64,000 bases of DNA from a virus (Duplodnaviria > Heunggongvirae > Uroviricota > Caudoviricetes). The DNA lies in the IMG/VR virus record IMGVR_UViG_3300028571_000011, one strand, 5' to 3'. Positions 9,054 to 16,022 of this stretch are shown here, one piece after another; within the stretch, counting starts at the first letter, position 1, and the number at the start of each line of letters is the position of its first letter. The translations under genes were made by a program, and so were the position numbers. The notes under the pieces were generated by a model, which was not told the DNA's origin, made no database searches, and saw nothing but the letters and a program-made list of their open reading frames with translations.

Positions 9054-9116
9054 GAGCCGAACGCAACTGAGGGTTACCTTTTTTGGAAACAACCCCTCAA
9101 CCGCAATCCCTTGCTC
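9054..9116 (+). ncRNA. Y RNA-like element Y1 (Ro-binding-stem mimic: 5' GAGCCGAA / 3' CTTGCTC, internal hairpin)
   Basis: terminal helix GAGC/GCUC + bulged C + GA/UU as in Y RNAs; internal TGAGGG/CCCTCA stem; follows tRNA-Arg. Confidence 0.55.
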
Positions 9117-9127
9117 ATTTATATTGT

Positions 9128-9203
9128 GGATCGGTAGCTCAGTTGGTAGAGCACTCGCCTCTTAAGCGATAGGTCGAGGGTTCGAATCCCTCCCGGTCCA
9201 CCA
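9128..9203 (+). tRNA. tRNA-Lys(CTT)
   Basis: GGATCGG/CCGGTCC; anticodon loop CTCTTAA; T-loop TTCGAAT; CCA. Confidence 0.8.
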
Positions 9204-9328
9204 CAAGTGATTCTCATTTCAGGCAATGTCTAGAATGAGAATCACATCAGAGATAGAGAAACGACAACACGAAAGGAGAACGATATGATTTGGTACAAAC
9301 GCACCGACGCCAGAGGCTCTTCTCTCGC

Positions 9329-9401
9329 GGGTCGGTAGCTCAGCTGGTAGAGCATCGAGTTTTTACCTCGTAGGTCGAGGGTTCGAATCCCTCCCGGCCC
9401 C
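9329..9401 (+). tRNA. tRNA-Lys(TTT)
   Basis: GGGTCGG/CCGGCCC; anticodon loop TTTTTAC; no encoded CCA. Confidence 0.75.
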
Positions 9402-9418
9402 CTTCAAAGAGAAGACGA

Positions 9419-9697
9419 ATGACAGTGTACATCGTTGGCAGCGACGAATTCGAAGTGACAGAGTCTGAAGTGGAGGCCCTTGTGAAGGGCTTCGGCAACG
9501 GAGACGTCGCAGCCAACCACTGCTTCCTCCAAGAGAGGAACAGGAAGCTCACAGCACCAATGGTGACCAAAGGAGTGACCAAGGTGATTCTTCAGGCCGT
9601 AGCAGACGGCACAGCAGTCATTCTCGATACACAAGAGAAGTACCGAGATTGCTTGCTTGAGAAACAGAATGCGCTGAATGCGCCGTCATCGTCTTAG
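9419..9697 (+). CDS. hypothetical protein inside the tRNA array
   Basis: ORF of 92 aa; 3' end overlaps tRNA-Thr by about 16 nt. Confidence 0.4.
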   Translation: MTVYIVGSDEFEVTESEVEALVKGFGNGDVAANHCFLQERNRKLTAPMVTKGVTKVILQAVADGTAVILDTQEKYRDCLLEKQNALNAPSSS

Positions 9698-9756
9698 TGG
9701 AAGGACATCCCCTTGGTAAGGGGAAAACCCGAGTTCGATTCTCGGTGACGGCTCCA
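9682..9756 (+). tRNA. tRNA-Thr(GGT)
   Basis: GCCGTCA/TGACGGC; anticodon stem TCCCC/GGGGA; loop TTGGTAA; CCA. Confidence 0.75.
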
Positions 9757-9760
9757 CTCC

Positions 9761-9780
9761 GGTTCGTTCGTTCGTTCGTT
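9761..9780 (+). repeat. (GTTC)n microsatellite spacer
   Basis: GGTTCGTTCGTTCGTTCGTT between two tRNAs. Confidence 0.6.
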
Positions 9781-9783
9781 TGT

Positions 9784-9859
<76 letters not shown>

Positions 9860-9872
9860 TACAGTACCCCAA

Positions 9873-9948
9873 GTCGCTGTAGTTCAGTTGGTAGAATGGG
9901 TTCCTCATAAGGACACGGTCGGAAGTTCGAATCTTCCCAGCGGCACCA
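9873..9948 (+). tRNA. tRNA-Met(CAT) copy 1
   Basis: GTCGCTG/CAGCGGC; anticodon loop CTCATAA; T-loop TTCGAAT; CCA. Confidence 0.75.
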
Positions 9949-10010
9949 GAAAGAGATGGCAGCGGAAGTGAACCTACGTAAAATGTGAAACCGAACCCGC
10001 ACTCTGTCAT

Positions 10011-10703
10011 ATGAAGACAGAAGCACACCAAGAAGCTATTCGCCTGCGAAGAGACGAACGTAAGTCGTTCAATGAAATCACAGACCTACTGGGGGTCTCA
10101 AAAGGAACTTTGAGTGGTTGGTTGAAAGATTACCCTCTGTCTCCTGAAGAGTCAGCGGCTAGAAGGTCATCCGCAGGCCGGTTGCTAAATCAGCGACGCA
10201 GACAGAAGTTTGAAGAAGTGGGCTATCCATTCGATATTCCTCAAGTAACAAAAAATCCTCGTCAAACCATAAAGCGGGCACCGAAACAGGTTGGCGAGAT
10301 CAGTGAGGCGATTGTAGCCGCCCGTCTGATGAAACTTGGTTTCAACCTTCTCAAGCCGATAGGCGACAGCCTGCGATACGACTTGATGATTGATTTCGAA
10401 GACTCTTTCTACCGCGTTCAGGTTAAAACAGCTAGGGTCGAGAATGGTGTCATAGACTTCAGTACGGTATCTTCTCAGGCTCATCGTGGTAAGGGTAAGC
10501 AATCCTACAAAGGACAGATTGAATGGTTCGCAGCCTGTGTGCAAGAAACGGAAGAAGTGTACATGGTACACATTGACAACCCTATCGCTAAGGGGCAAGA
10601 AGTAACCCTCCGTATATCACGTTCCATGACGACACCAACGGCGGAAAATAGAATCGCTATTAAATACATCTTGAATGATGTATGGACTCCAATTAATCAT
10701 TGA
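10011..10703 (+). CDS. putative homing endonuclease: N-terminal HTH + C-terminal PD-(D/E)XK-like nuclease domain
   Basis: ITDLLGVSKGTLSGWL HTH; then GE.SE...YDLMID...RVQVKT motifs; sits in the tRNA array. Confidence 0.5.
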   Translation: MKTEAHQEAIRLRRDERKSFNEITDLLGVSKGTLSGWLKDYPLSPEESAARRSSAGRLLNQRRRQKFEEVGYPFDIPQVTKNPRQTIKRAPKQVGEISEAIVAARLMKLGFNLLKPIGDSLRYDLMIDFEDSFYRVQVKTARVENGVIDFSTVSSQAHRGKGKQSYKGQIEWFAACVQETEEVYMVHIDNPIAKGQEVTLRISRSMTTPTAENRIAIKYILNDVWTPINH

Positions 10704-10776
10704 CTGGTAGCTCAGCCGGTAGAGCAAATTCCTGTTAAGAATGAGGTCGTGGGATCGTAGCCCACCCAGTCAGCCA
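10701..10776 (+). tRNA. tRNA-Asn(GTT)
   Basis: TGACTGG/CCAGTCA; anticodon loop CTGTTAA; CCA. Confidence 0.8.
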
Positions 10777-10784
10777 CAACATAC

Positions 10785-10839
10785 GAGCCGAACGCGACTG
10801 AGGATTATTTTTGCACAAACCCTCAATCACAATCACTCG
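10785..10839 (+). ncRNA. Y RNA-like element Y2 (degenerate 3' strand)
   Basis: GAGCCGAACGCGACTGAGG...CCTCAATCACAATCACTCG; follows tRNA-Asn directly. Confidence 0.4.
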
Positions 10840-10851
10840 TTTGTTTACCTA

Positions 10852-10886
10852 AATGTCCTCAGCGCGTCTCCGTAGGGAGAAGGACA
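10852..10886 (+). repeat. hairpin element A: AATGTCCTCAGCGCGTC...GAAGGACAC (nested palindrome TCTCCGTAGGGAGA)
   Basis: second copy with the same flanks at 18358..18410. Confidence 0.5.
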
Positions 10887-10906
10887 CGTCCAGCAATGGA
10901 CCTCGC

Positions 10907-10982
10907 GGGCATGTACTCAACTGGTTAAGAGGTCACCCTGATAAGGTGATAGATGTAAGTTCGAATCTTGCCATGCCCACCA
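10907..10982 (+). tRNA. tRNA-Ile(GAT)
   Basis: GGGCATG/CATGCCC; anticodon stem TCACC/GGTGA; loop CTGATAA; CCA. Confidence 0.75.
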
Positions 10983-11083
10983 CTCCCTGCCCATTGGTTG
11001 CAGCAGAGTTAGTTCCTCTACGTGGTAGGGGGAAGTCTCTGGAAGGTTCTAAAAGACCGACAATGAATGTTACGGTAGCAAAC

Positions 11084-11164
11084 GTAGCTGAAGACCGGCG
11101 CCGGTCCAAACAGCTGAAGGATGTTATACGTCCCGTCAGGACTCTATACGTCCAGCTACCACCA
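11084..11164 (+). pseudogene. tRNA-like sequence with a non-canonical T-loop (possible tRNA pseudogene)
   Basis: acceptor GTAGCTG/CAGCTAC + CACCA; D-stem GACC/GGTC; no TTCGA T-loop. Confidence 0.3.
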
Positions 11165-11165
11165 T

Positions 11166-11248
11166 GCGGGCTTCGTCTAGCGGCCATGACACCTCTTTTA
11201 CACGGAGGCAAAAAAAGATCGGGGGTTCGAGTCCCTCAGCCCGTACCA
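11166..11248 (+). tRNA. tRNA-Val(TAC), unusual 12-nt variable loop
   Basis: GCGGGCT/AGCCCGT; anticodon stem CCTCT/GGAGG; loop TTTACAC; variable CAAAAAAAGATC; CCA. Confidence 0.5.
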
Positions 11249-11272
11249 TTCAGCTCAGAATGTCAGGTCCAC

Positions 11273-11349
11273 GCGCCAGTAGCTCAATTGGATGAGCAGC
11301 ACGCTTCGAACGTGCCGGTATGCAGGTTCGAGCCCTGTCTGGCGCACCA
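11273..11349 (+). tRNA. tRNA-Arg(TCG)
   Basis: GCGCCAG/CTGGCGC; anticodon stem GCACG/CGTGC; loop CTTCGAA; CCA. Confidence 0.8.
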
Positions 11350-11434
11350 CTCAACTCTTATCCTCGAAAGGAGGAAATGCCATGCAAGCAGAAGACGATG
11401 AAGAAATGACAACCGAATCAGCCGCTGATTGTAT

Positions 11435-11509
11435 GACCATATCCTCCAATGGTTAAGAGCAGCCCCTTTCAAGGGAAGAATCAGAGTTCGATCCTCTGTA
11501 TGGTCACCA
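11435..11509 (+). tRNA. tRNA-Glu(TTC)
   Basis: GACCATA/TATGGTC; loop CTTTCAA; T-arm CAGAG/CTCTG; weak anticodon stem. Confidence 0.55.
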
Positions 11510-11510
11510 C

Positions 11511-11585
11511 GTCCCTATCGTCTAGCGGTCAGGACACTTGCTTCTCAAGCAGGGAACGAGATTTCGATTATCTCTGGGGACACCA
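11511..11585 (+). tRNA. tRNA-Glu(CTC)
   Basis: GTCCCTA/TGGGGAC; anticodon stem CTTGC/GCAGG; loop TTCTCAA; CCA. Confidence 0.75.
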
Positions 11586-11600
11586 GCACAACATTTAAGT

Positions 11601-11726
11601 GAGCCGAAAAGATTGCGTTACCATTCCAAGGCGAAGGTCGTGAGGTTCAACTCCACACCAGCCGCTCCATCATGCGGCTGTAGCTCAGCGTAGAGCGTCG
11701 TAAACCCGCAATCTAGTTACTTGCTC
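11601..11726 (+). ncRNA. YrlA-like Y RNA candidate Y3: Ro-binding-stem flanks (GAGCCGAA...CTTGCTC) enclosing a circularly permuted tRNA-like domain
   Basis: T-loop-like GGTTCAACTCC + acceptor 3' CAGCCGC-TCCA come before acceptor 5' GCGGCTG + D-arm TAGCTCAGCGTAGAGC; about 260 nt upstream of rsr. Confidence 0.55.
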
Positions 11727-11747
11727 ACTTGCCTTTTTAGAGTTTCC

Positions 11748-11814
11748 GAGCCGAATCCCAATGGATTACCTTTCTGCCTATGGCTTAAAATCACCCATTG
11801 GGGATCACTTGCTC
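11748..11814 (+). ncRNA. Y RNA-like element Y4
   Basis: GAGCCGAATCCCAATGG...CCATTGGGGATCACTTGCTC; internal stem shows compensatory changes relative to Y1. Confidence 0.55.
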
Positions 11815-11826
11815 GGACCGTTCGTT

Positions 11827-11902
11827 GCCGACATAGCTCAGTTGGTAGAGCAATTGTTTCGTAAGCAGTAGGTCCTCGGTTCGAATCCGAGTGTCGGCTC
11901 CA
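11827..11902 (+). tRNA. tRNA-Thr(CGT)
   Basis: GCCGACA/TGTCGGC; anticodon loop TTCGTAA; CCA. Confidence 0.8.
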
Positions 11903-11950
11903 CAGTTTAAGCTTGCTACTTGTCTTTGTCCGTGGTAATAGGTCGGTTAA

Positions 11951-11975
11951 CTTGCTCACAGGTGTGAGCCGAAAG
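11951..11975 (+). promoter_or_regulatory. hairpin in the rsr 5' leader made of the two Ro-binding half-motifs in inverted order (CTTGCTCACA-GGTG-TGAGCCGAAAG)
   Basis: lies directly upstream of the rsr ATG; could fold into a Y-stem mimic. Confidence 0.4.
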
Positions 11976-11984
11976 AAGGAATAC

Positions 11985-13730
11985 ATGAACATGTCCAACT
12001 ACTCCAAGCACTTCAACTCCAACAAGACGCCGCAGAACGAGCCCATTCCGGGTCGTGACATGGTGCAGAACGCGGCGGGTGGCTTCAACTTCGCCGTTGA
12101 CGACTGGGCACGGCTCCGTCGTTTCCTGATCCTCGGTACCGAGGGTGGTTCCTTCCATCAGAAGGAACAGAAGCTGACGAAGGAGAACGCGCAGGCGGTC
12201 CTTCGCTGCATCAAGACCGATGGTCCACGTGCGGTCAAGGAGATCGTCACCATCTCGGTGGAGGGTCGTGCTCCGAAGAATGACCCTGCGATCTTCGCTC
12301 TGGCCATGGCGCTCAAGCTCGGTGACGAGGCAACTCGCCGCTTGGCTTCCGACGCTGTCCCTGACGTGTGCCGCATCGGCACCCATGTGTTCCAGCTTGC
12401 AGAGGCTGTGAAGGCGTTCGGTGGCTGGGGTCGTACGACCGCTCGTGCATTCGCCAACTGGTACAACAAGCAGACGCCGGACAAGCTGGCGCTCAACCTG
12501 CTGAAGTACCAGCAGCGTGACGGCTGGTCGCACAAGAACTTGCTGTCGAAGTCCCACGCAGGTGGTTCGGCTCCGACGAAGTCTCACGCTGCGATGTTCA
12601 GCTACGTCATGCGCAACGGTGACCTGTCTGCTCGCAAGGTGGAGCGCAAGGTCAAGGGTAAGGTTCTGTCGGTCGGTGACTACAGCGGTCACAGCCGTGC
12701 TGACCTCCCTCGCTTGATTGAGGGCTTCGAGAAGGTCCGTGAGGGCGGTCTCACGGAGAAGATGGTTGCGAAGCTCATTCGTGACTACGACCTTCCTCGT
12801 GAGGTGATCCCGACCCAGTTCTTGAACAGCAAGGACGTCTGGGATGCTCTGCTTCACGCTGGCAAGCTCGGCATGCCCATCGGTGCCCTTGTCCGCAACC
12901 TCAGCAAGATGACGACGATTGGTCTCATCGCTCCCTTGAGCGACGCCACGTCCTTCGTTGCCTCGAAGCTGGATAGCGAGGAAGCCATCAAGCATGGTCG
13001 CATGCATCCCCTGTCCATCCTGCTTGCGTCTCGTACGTATGCACAAGGACACGGCGAGAAGGGCTCGCTCCAGTGGAAGCCTGTTCCTCAGGTTCTCGAA
13101 GCTCTCGACAAGGCTTTCTACCATGGATTCAAGTCTGTGGAGCCCACTGGCCTGAAGCATCTGACCGCTGTGGACGTCTCGGGCTCGATGCACTCCAGCC
13201 GGGTAGCCGGTGGACTGGTAACGAGCGCTGAAGCAGCAGCAGCAGTGGCTCTGGTGACGGCGAACGTGGAAAAGAACCATCACATGGTTTGCTTCACGAA
13301 CGGCTCACAGGGTGCTGGCGAGTACAAGTTCGGCAATGGTGCTTCTCGCTGGAGCCAAGTGAACAGCGGCATCAGCCCCTTCGACATCAACCCGCGCATG
13401 CGGTTGTCGGAAGTGGCAGCGAAGACCCGGAACATGCCGTTCGGCGGCACGGACTGCGCTCTGCCGATGTTGTACGCCCTCAAGAACAAGATTGAGGTCG
13501 ACGTCTTCATGGTGCTGACCGACAACGAGACTTGGGCAAACCCAGAAGTCCACCCGTCACAGGCCCTCAAGCTGTACCGGCAGGAGATGCAGCGTCCCGC
13601 GAAGCTGGTTGTTTTGGCCTTCGAAGCTTCCAACAATACGATCGCTGACCCGAACGACAGCGGCATGATTGACATCGTCGGTCTGGATACGTCCACCCCC
13701 GATTTGATCTCTGCCTTCGTTCGTGCTTGA
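11985..13730 (+). CDS. rsr: Ro60/Rsr ortholog (TROVE domain + C-terminal vWA with DVSGSM MIDAS), Y RNA-binding protein
   Basis: PGRDMVQNAAGGFNF..RFLILGTEGGS.H at the N-terminus; vWA MIDAS at the C-terminus; ATG at 11985 within the listed ORF 11913..13730. Confidence 0.85.
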   Translation: MNMSNYSKHFNSNKTPQNEPIPGRDMVQNAAGGFNFAVDDWARLRRFLILGTEGGSFHQKEQKLTKENAQAVLRCIKTDGPRAVKEIVTISVEGRAPKNDPAIFALAMALKLGDEATRRLASDAVPDVCRIGTHVFQLAEAVKAFGGWGRTTARAFANWYNKQTPDKLALNLLKYQQRDGWSHKNLLSKSHAGGSAPTKSHAAMFSYVMRNGDLSARKVERKVKGKVLSVGDYSGHSRADLPRLIEGFEKVREGGLTEKMVAKLIRDYDLPREVIPTQFLNSKDVWDALLHAGKLGMPIGALVRNLSKMTTIGLIAPLSDATSFVASKLDSEEAIKHGRMHPLSILLASRTYAQGHGEKGSLQWKPVPQVLEALDKAFYHGFKSVEPTGLKHLTAVDVSGSMHSSRVAGGLVTSAEAAAAVALVTANVEKNHHMVCFTNGSQGAGEYKFGNGASRWSQVNSGISPFDINPRMRLSEVAAKTRNMPFGGTDCALPMLYALKNKIEVDVFMVLTDNETWANPEVHPSQALKLYRQEMQRPAKLVVLAFEASNNTIADPNDSGMIDIVGLDTSTPDLISAFVRA

Positions 13731-13735
13731 CTTCG

Positions 13736-13775
13736 CTGACAGGATCAGCTAAAACTGGTCCTGTCAGGTTTGCGT
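13736..13775 (+). terminator. hairpin after rsr (CTGACAGGA...TCCTGTCAG + GTTTGCG)
   Basis: 9-bp stem 6 nt after the stop; weak U tract. Confidence 0.4.
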
Positions 13776-13798
13776 GAAAACCGAATATGAAACACTTC

Positions 13799-13867
13799 GT
13801 GAGACGGTGCCGCCGTGCTTGTCACCAAGATTCGTCTTGGCAGACTGCTTGAATAACGGCACCGTCT
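13799..13867 (+). ncRNA. structured element: 12-bp perfect stem (GAGACGGTGCCG/CGGCACCGTCTC) with a nested hairpin
   Basis: perfect inverted repeat with an internal CCAAGA-TTCG-TCTTGG hairpin. Confidence 0.35.
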
Positions 13868-13879
13868 CCAGATTTTGGA

Positions 13880-14010
13880 GAGCCGAAGAAGAAACGTTAA
13901 CAAAACAGCATGTCCTTGGTTCGAACCCAAGCATTGTGAACGCAAGTTCCTTTGTAGCTCAGCTGGAAGAGCAGCCGTCCACAAAACACGTTTCCTCACA
14001 ACTTGTTCTC
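13880..14010 (+). ncRNA. Y RNA-like element Y5 with internal T-arm-like (CTTGG TTCGAAC CCAAG) and D-arm-like (TAGCTCAGCTGGAAGAGC) modules in permuted order
   Basis: flanks GAGCCGAAG ... CTTGTTCTC; T-arm comes before D-arm as in Y3. Confidence 0.45.
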
Positions 14011-14039
14011 CTTAGCTTTTGACGAACCGAAGATTTGTA

Positions 14040-14092
14040 GGTTATCTTTTTGGAAGGAGTGGTCGCTGGTTCGAGTCCAGCCCTCCCCACCA
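14040..14092 (+). ncRNA. orphan tRNA 3' half (T-arm GCTGG TTCGAGT CCAGC + acceptor CCTCCCC-A-CCA)
   Basis: no complementary 5' acceptor upstream; the GGGGAGG partner lies downstream of Y6. Confidence 0.45.
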
Positions 14093-14095
14093 TAC

Positions 14096-14159
14096 GAGCC
14101 GAACGCAACCGCTGGGTTACCCTTGAAATGTACCCCCCAGCATCCGCAATCCCTTGCTC
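14096..14159 (+). ncRNA. Y RNA-like element Y6 (between the permuted tRNA halves)
   Basis: GAGCCGAACGCAACCGCTGGG...CCCAGCATCCGCAATCCCTTGCTC; compensatory GCTGGG/CCCAGC stem. Confidence 0.55.
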
Positions 14160-14167
14160 GTTCCCTT

Positions 14168-14200
14168 GGGGAGGTAGCTCAGTTGGTAGAGCACTAAACG
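14168..14200 (+). ncRNA. orphan tRNA 5' half (acceptor GGGGAGG + D-arm TAGCTCAGTTGGTAGAGC)
   Basis: perfect 7/7 complement to the 3' half at 14082..14088; no downstream T-arm. Confidence 0.45.
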
Positions 14201-14235
14201 TCTACGGTCATACCTTGTTCGTCATTCTTTTCTGA

Positions 14236-14336
14236 ACGCCCTTAGCTCAGTGGTAGAGCGGCACCTCGACAAGGTGAAGGTCACTGGTTCAATCCCAGTA
14301 GGGCGGTCACTGGTTCAATCCCAGTAGGGCGTACCA
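14236..14336 (+). tRNA. tRNA-Val(GAC) carrying a 26-nt tandem duplication of the T-arm/acceptor 3' segment
   Basis: ACGCCCT...anticodon loop TCGACAA...; GTCACTGGTTCAATCCCAGTAGGGCG occurs twice; second copy ends ...AGGGCGT-A-CCA. Confidence 0.6.
14280..14331 (+). repeat. tandem duplication (2 x 26 nt) within tRNA-Val(GAC)
   Basis: exact direct repeat at 14280..14305 and 14306..14331. Confidence 0.8.
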
Positions 14337-14343
14337 GTTCGTT

Positions 14344-14415
14344 GCGCTCGTAGCTCAGCGGTAGAGCATTCGGCTCATAACCGACCGTGCGTGGGTTCAA
14401 ATCCCTCCGGGCGCC
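14344..14415 (+). tRNA. tRNA-Met(CAT) copy 2
   Basis: GCGCTCG/CGGGCGC; anticodon loop CTCATAA; T-loop TTCAAAT. Confidence 0.7.
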
Positions 14416-14437
14416 CATTTCAAGTTCTTCAGTTTGC

Positions 14438-14499
14438 GAGCCGAATACGACCGAGGGTTACTTACCATTCAAGACACCCCTCAACAGTGAAACTTGCTC
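14438..14499 (+). ncRNA. Y RNA-like element Y7, followed by a weak hairpin + T-run
   Basis: GAGCCGAATACGACCGAGGG...CCCCTCAACAGTGAAACTTGCTC; follows the tRNA directly. Confidence 0.55.
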
Positions 14500-14537
14500 G
14501 CATCTTTTCGTGCGGTTTTAACCTAGTGTAAATTCGT

Positions 14538-14611
14538 GCGGGTGTGGTATAGTGGCCGTGCCTTAGCCTTCCAAGCTAATGACACCAGTTCGAGTCTGGT
14601 CATCCGCTCCA
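14538..14611 (+). tRNA. tRNA-Gly(TCC)
   Basis: GCGGGTG/CATCCGC; anticodon stem TTAGC/GCTAA; loop CTTCCAA; CCA. Confidence 0.75.
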
Positions 14612-14846
14612 AAGATAGAGTTACAATGACAAAGTCAAACACAGACCGATACAAATGGTATCGGTCAAAGAAGAGGGTTCTGATAACCAGCTGGTTATTG
14701 GCAAATCCTTGTGTACCCACACGGGTATAGAACAAAGTACCAGCAAGGTTGCCGGTGCGGCCTCTGTAGAGAAGCCCAAAAACTTTACATGAGGAAAAGA
14801 AGAGAAGCAAAGGCTTCTGGGAATATCTAGTCAGTGTTCGTTGTAT

Positions 14847-15262
14847 GGGCTCAACCCGGTTTCGATTCGGGATGAAAAGCTAAGAAGTGCGTGTCGTGGT
14901 TGGCCGAAGGGCCACGTAAAAAATCGGTCAAAAACAATCAGCCAACGATAACATCGAAGGCGCTTCTTTCCGCATGGCTGCCTGAAAAGGTAGTCCTCGG
15001 TAAGAGGTGAGGGAACGGTTCTAGCGAACTTAGCTCCCCGTCGGGTCCAACAGAGAGCCTTCTGTAAAGGAACCCCGGCGTAAATCACTGAAGGCTAGGC
15101 GTTGATGGTGGTCGCGGCCATCAACGAGTAGAATCAAACAGCTGACCACCGAGTCTCGGACTCAACCTCATTGCCACGGTGGAGGTAAAAACTGCGGCTA
15201 CACACGTAGAGTTCTTCGTAATAGTCTTGAAGACGGGGGTTCGATTCCCCCTGAGTCCACCA
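14847..15262 (+). ncRNA. ssrA: tmRNA (SsrA); tag reading frame encodes (A)ANDNIEGASFRMAA
   Basis: 5' GGGCTCAACCCGGTTTCGATTCGGGAT tRNA-like end; 3' GACGGGGGTTCGATTCCCCCTGAGTCCACCA; tag ORF 14941..14985. Confidence 0.75.
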
Positions 15263-15466
15263 GAGCAGTTAGGCACCGCTGCAATCCACACGAAAGTGTG
15301 ATAGAGAGACCTACGATGCCCTGACAGGTGCAATGCTTGTCTGGTGGAGGTAACGATTCAGGTCGTTGCCCTGACCGTGATGGTAGTAGCGGGTTGCTTC
15401 AGGGTTATTGTCCAACCTTGGATTGACGCGGCGGGTAAAACTGCCCTACCAACCTTTCATTGCTCA

Positions 15467-15494
15467 TTGACTTCAGCGTAAGTTCTGGTATAAC
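15467..15494 (+). promoter_or_regulatory. sigma70-like promoter TTGACT-N16-TATAAC driving a near-leaderless ORF
   Basis: -10 ends 6 nt before the ATG at 15501. Confidence 0.5.
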
Positions 15495-15500
15495 TAGCAA

Positions 15501-15866
15501 ATGATCACTGCCACCATTCCTGCAGAAGCCATCCCGACCGACCGTCGGGTGTACCGTGCTCGCGGCCATGGTGCAGCAGGCATCGGCGATTACAACCGGC
15601 ACTACGCCAAGTACGTCTCAGAGCCGCTCTGGCTCAACAACTTCGACGAAGCCTTCGAGAAGCTTCGTGAGTCTCTGGCCAACTTCAGCATTGACCTGAC
15701 CAAAGAGTCCTTCAATGCAGAGATCAAGCGTGTCTTGAACTCGAAGAACCTCGATGCCTTCTGCAAGGTCGGTCGCGCTGGTTCTGGTTACAAGCTGGAG
15801 CGTCTTGGCAAGACTCGACTCTACACTTTTCTTTGTCCTCTTTTTGAGTACGATGAAGAACTGTGA
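15501..15866 (+). CDS. hypothetical protein
   Basis: ORF of 121 aa downstream of the promoter. Confidence 0.5.
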   Translation: MITATIPAEAIPTDRRVYRARGHGAAGIGDYNRHYAKYVSEPLWLNNFDEAFEKLRESLANFSIDLTKESFNAEIKRVLNSKNLDAFCKVGRAGSGYKLERLGKTRLYTFLCPLFEYDEEL

Positions 15867-15931
15867 ACATCTCATCGTCAGGCTCTGGTAGTCTGGCGCG
15901 ACCGGGCAGGCCCAGCGGTTCTGGGTTGTTT

Positions 15932-16006
15932 GCGGGTGTAGCTCAGTGGTAGAGCATCTCGTTGCCAACGAGAATGTCATGGGTTCGAATCCCATCATCC
16001 GCTCCA
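15932..16006 (+). tRNA. tRNA-Gly(GCC)
   Basis: GCGGGTG/CATCCGC; anticodon stem TCTCG/CGAGA; loop TTGCCAA; CCA. Confidence 0.85.
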
Positions 16007-16022
16007 TTTCAGATAGAAGACA

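Noticed and set aside
10990-11083. Possible additional tRNA between tRNA-Ile and the tRNA-like unit at 11084
   Set aside because: No acceptor/T-arm pairing could be found. Only a GACCGGCGCCGGTC palindrome is present.
10853-11401. 182-aa + ORF and other ORFs (15618..16121 -, 16965..17438 -, 17293..17598 +) spanning tRNA genes
   Set aside because: They overlap several well-formed tRNA cloverleaves or the tmRNA. The products are biased and low-complexity, so they are most likely non-coding.
11916-13283. 455-aa minus-strand ORF lying entirely inside rsr (and its nested ORFs 12158..12535, 13280..13696)
   Set aside because: Antisense to a confidently identified Ro60/TROVE gene. The sequence is low-complexity and Arg/Val/Leu-rich, typical of spurious antisense frames in GC-rich DNA.
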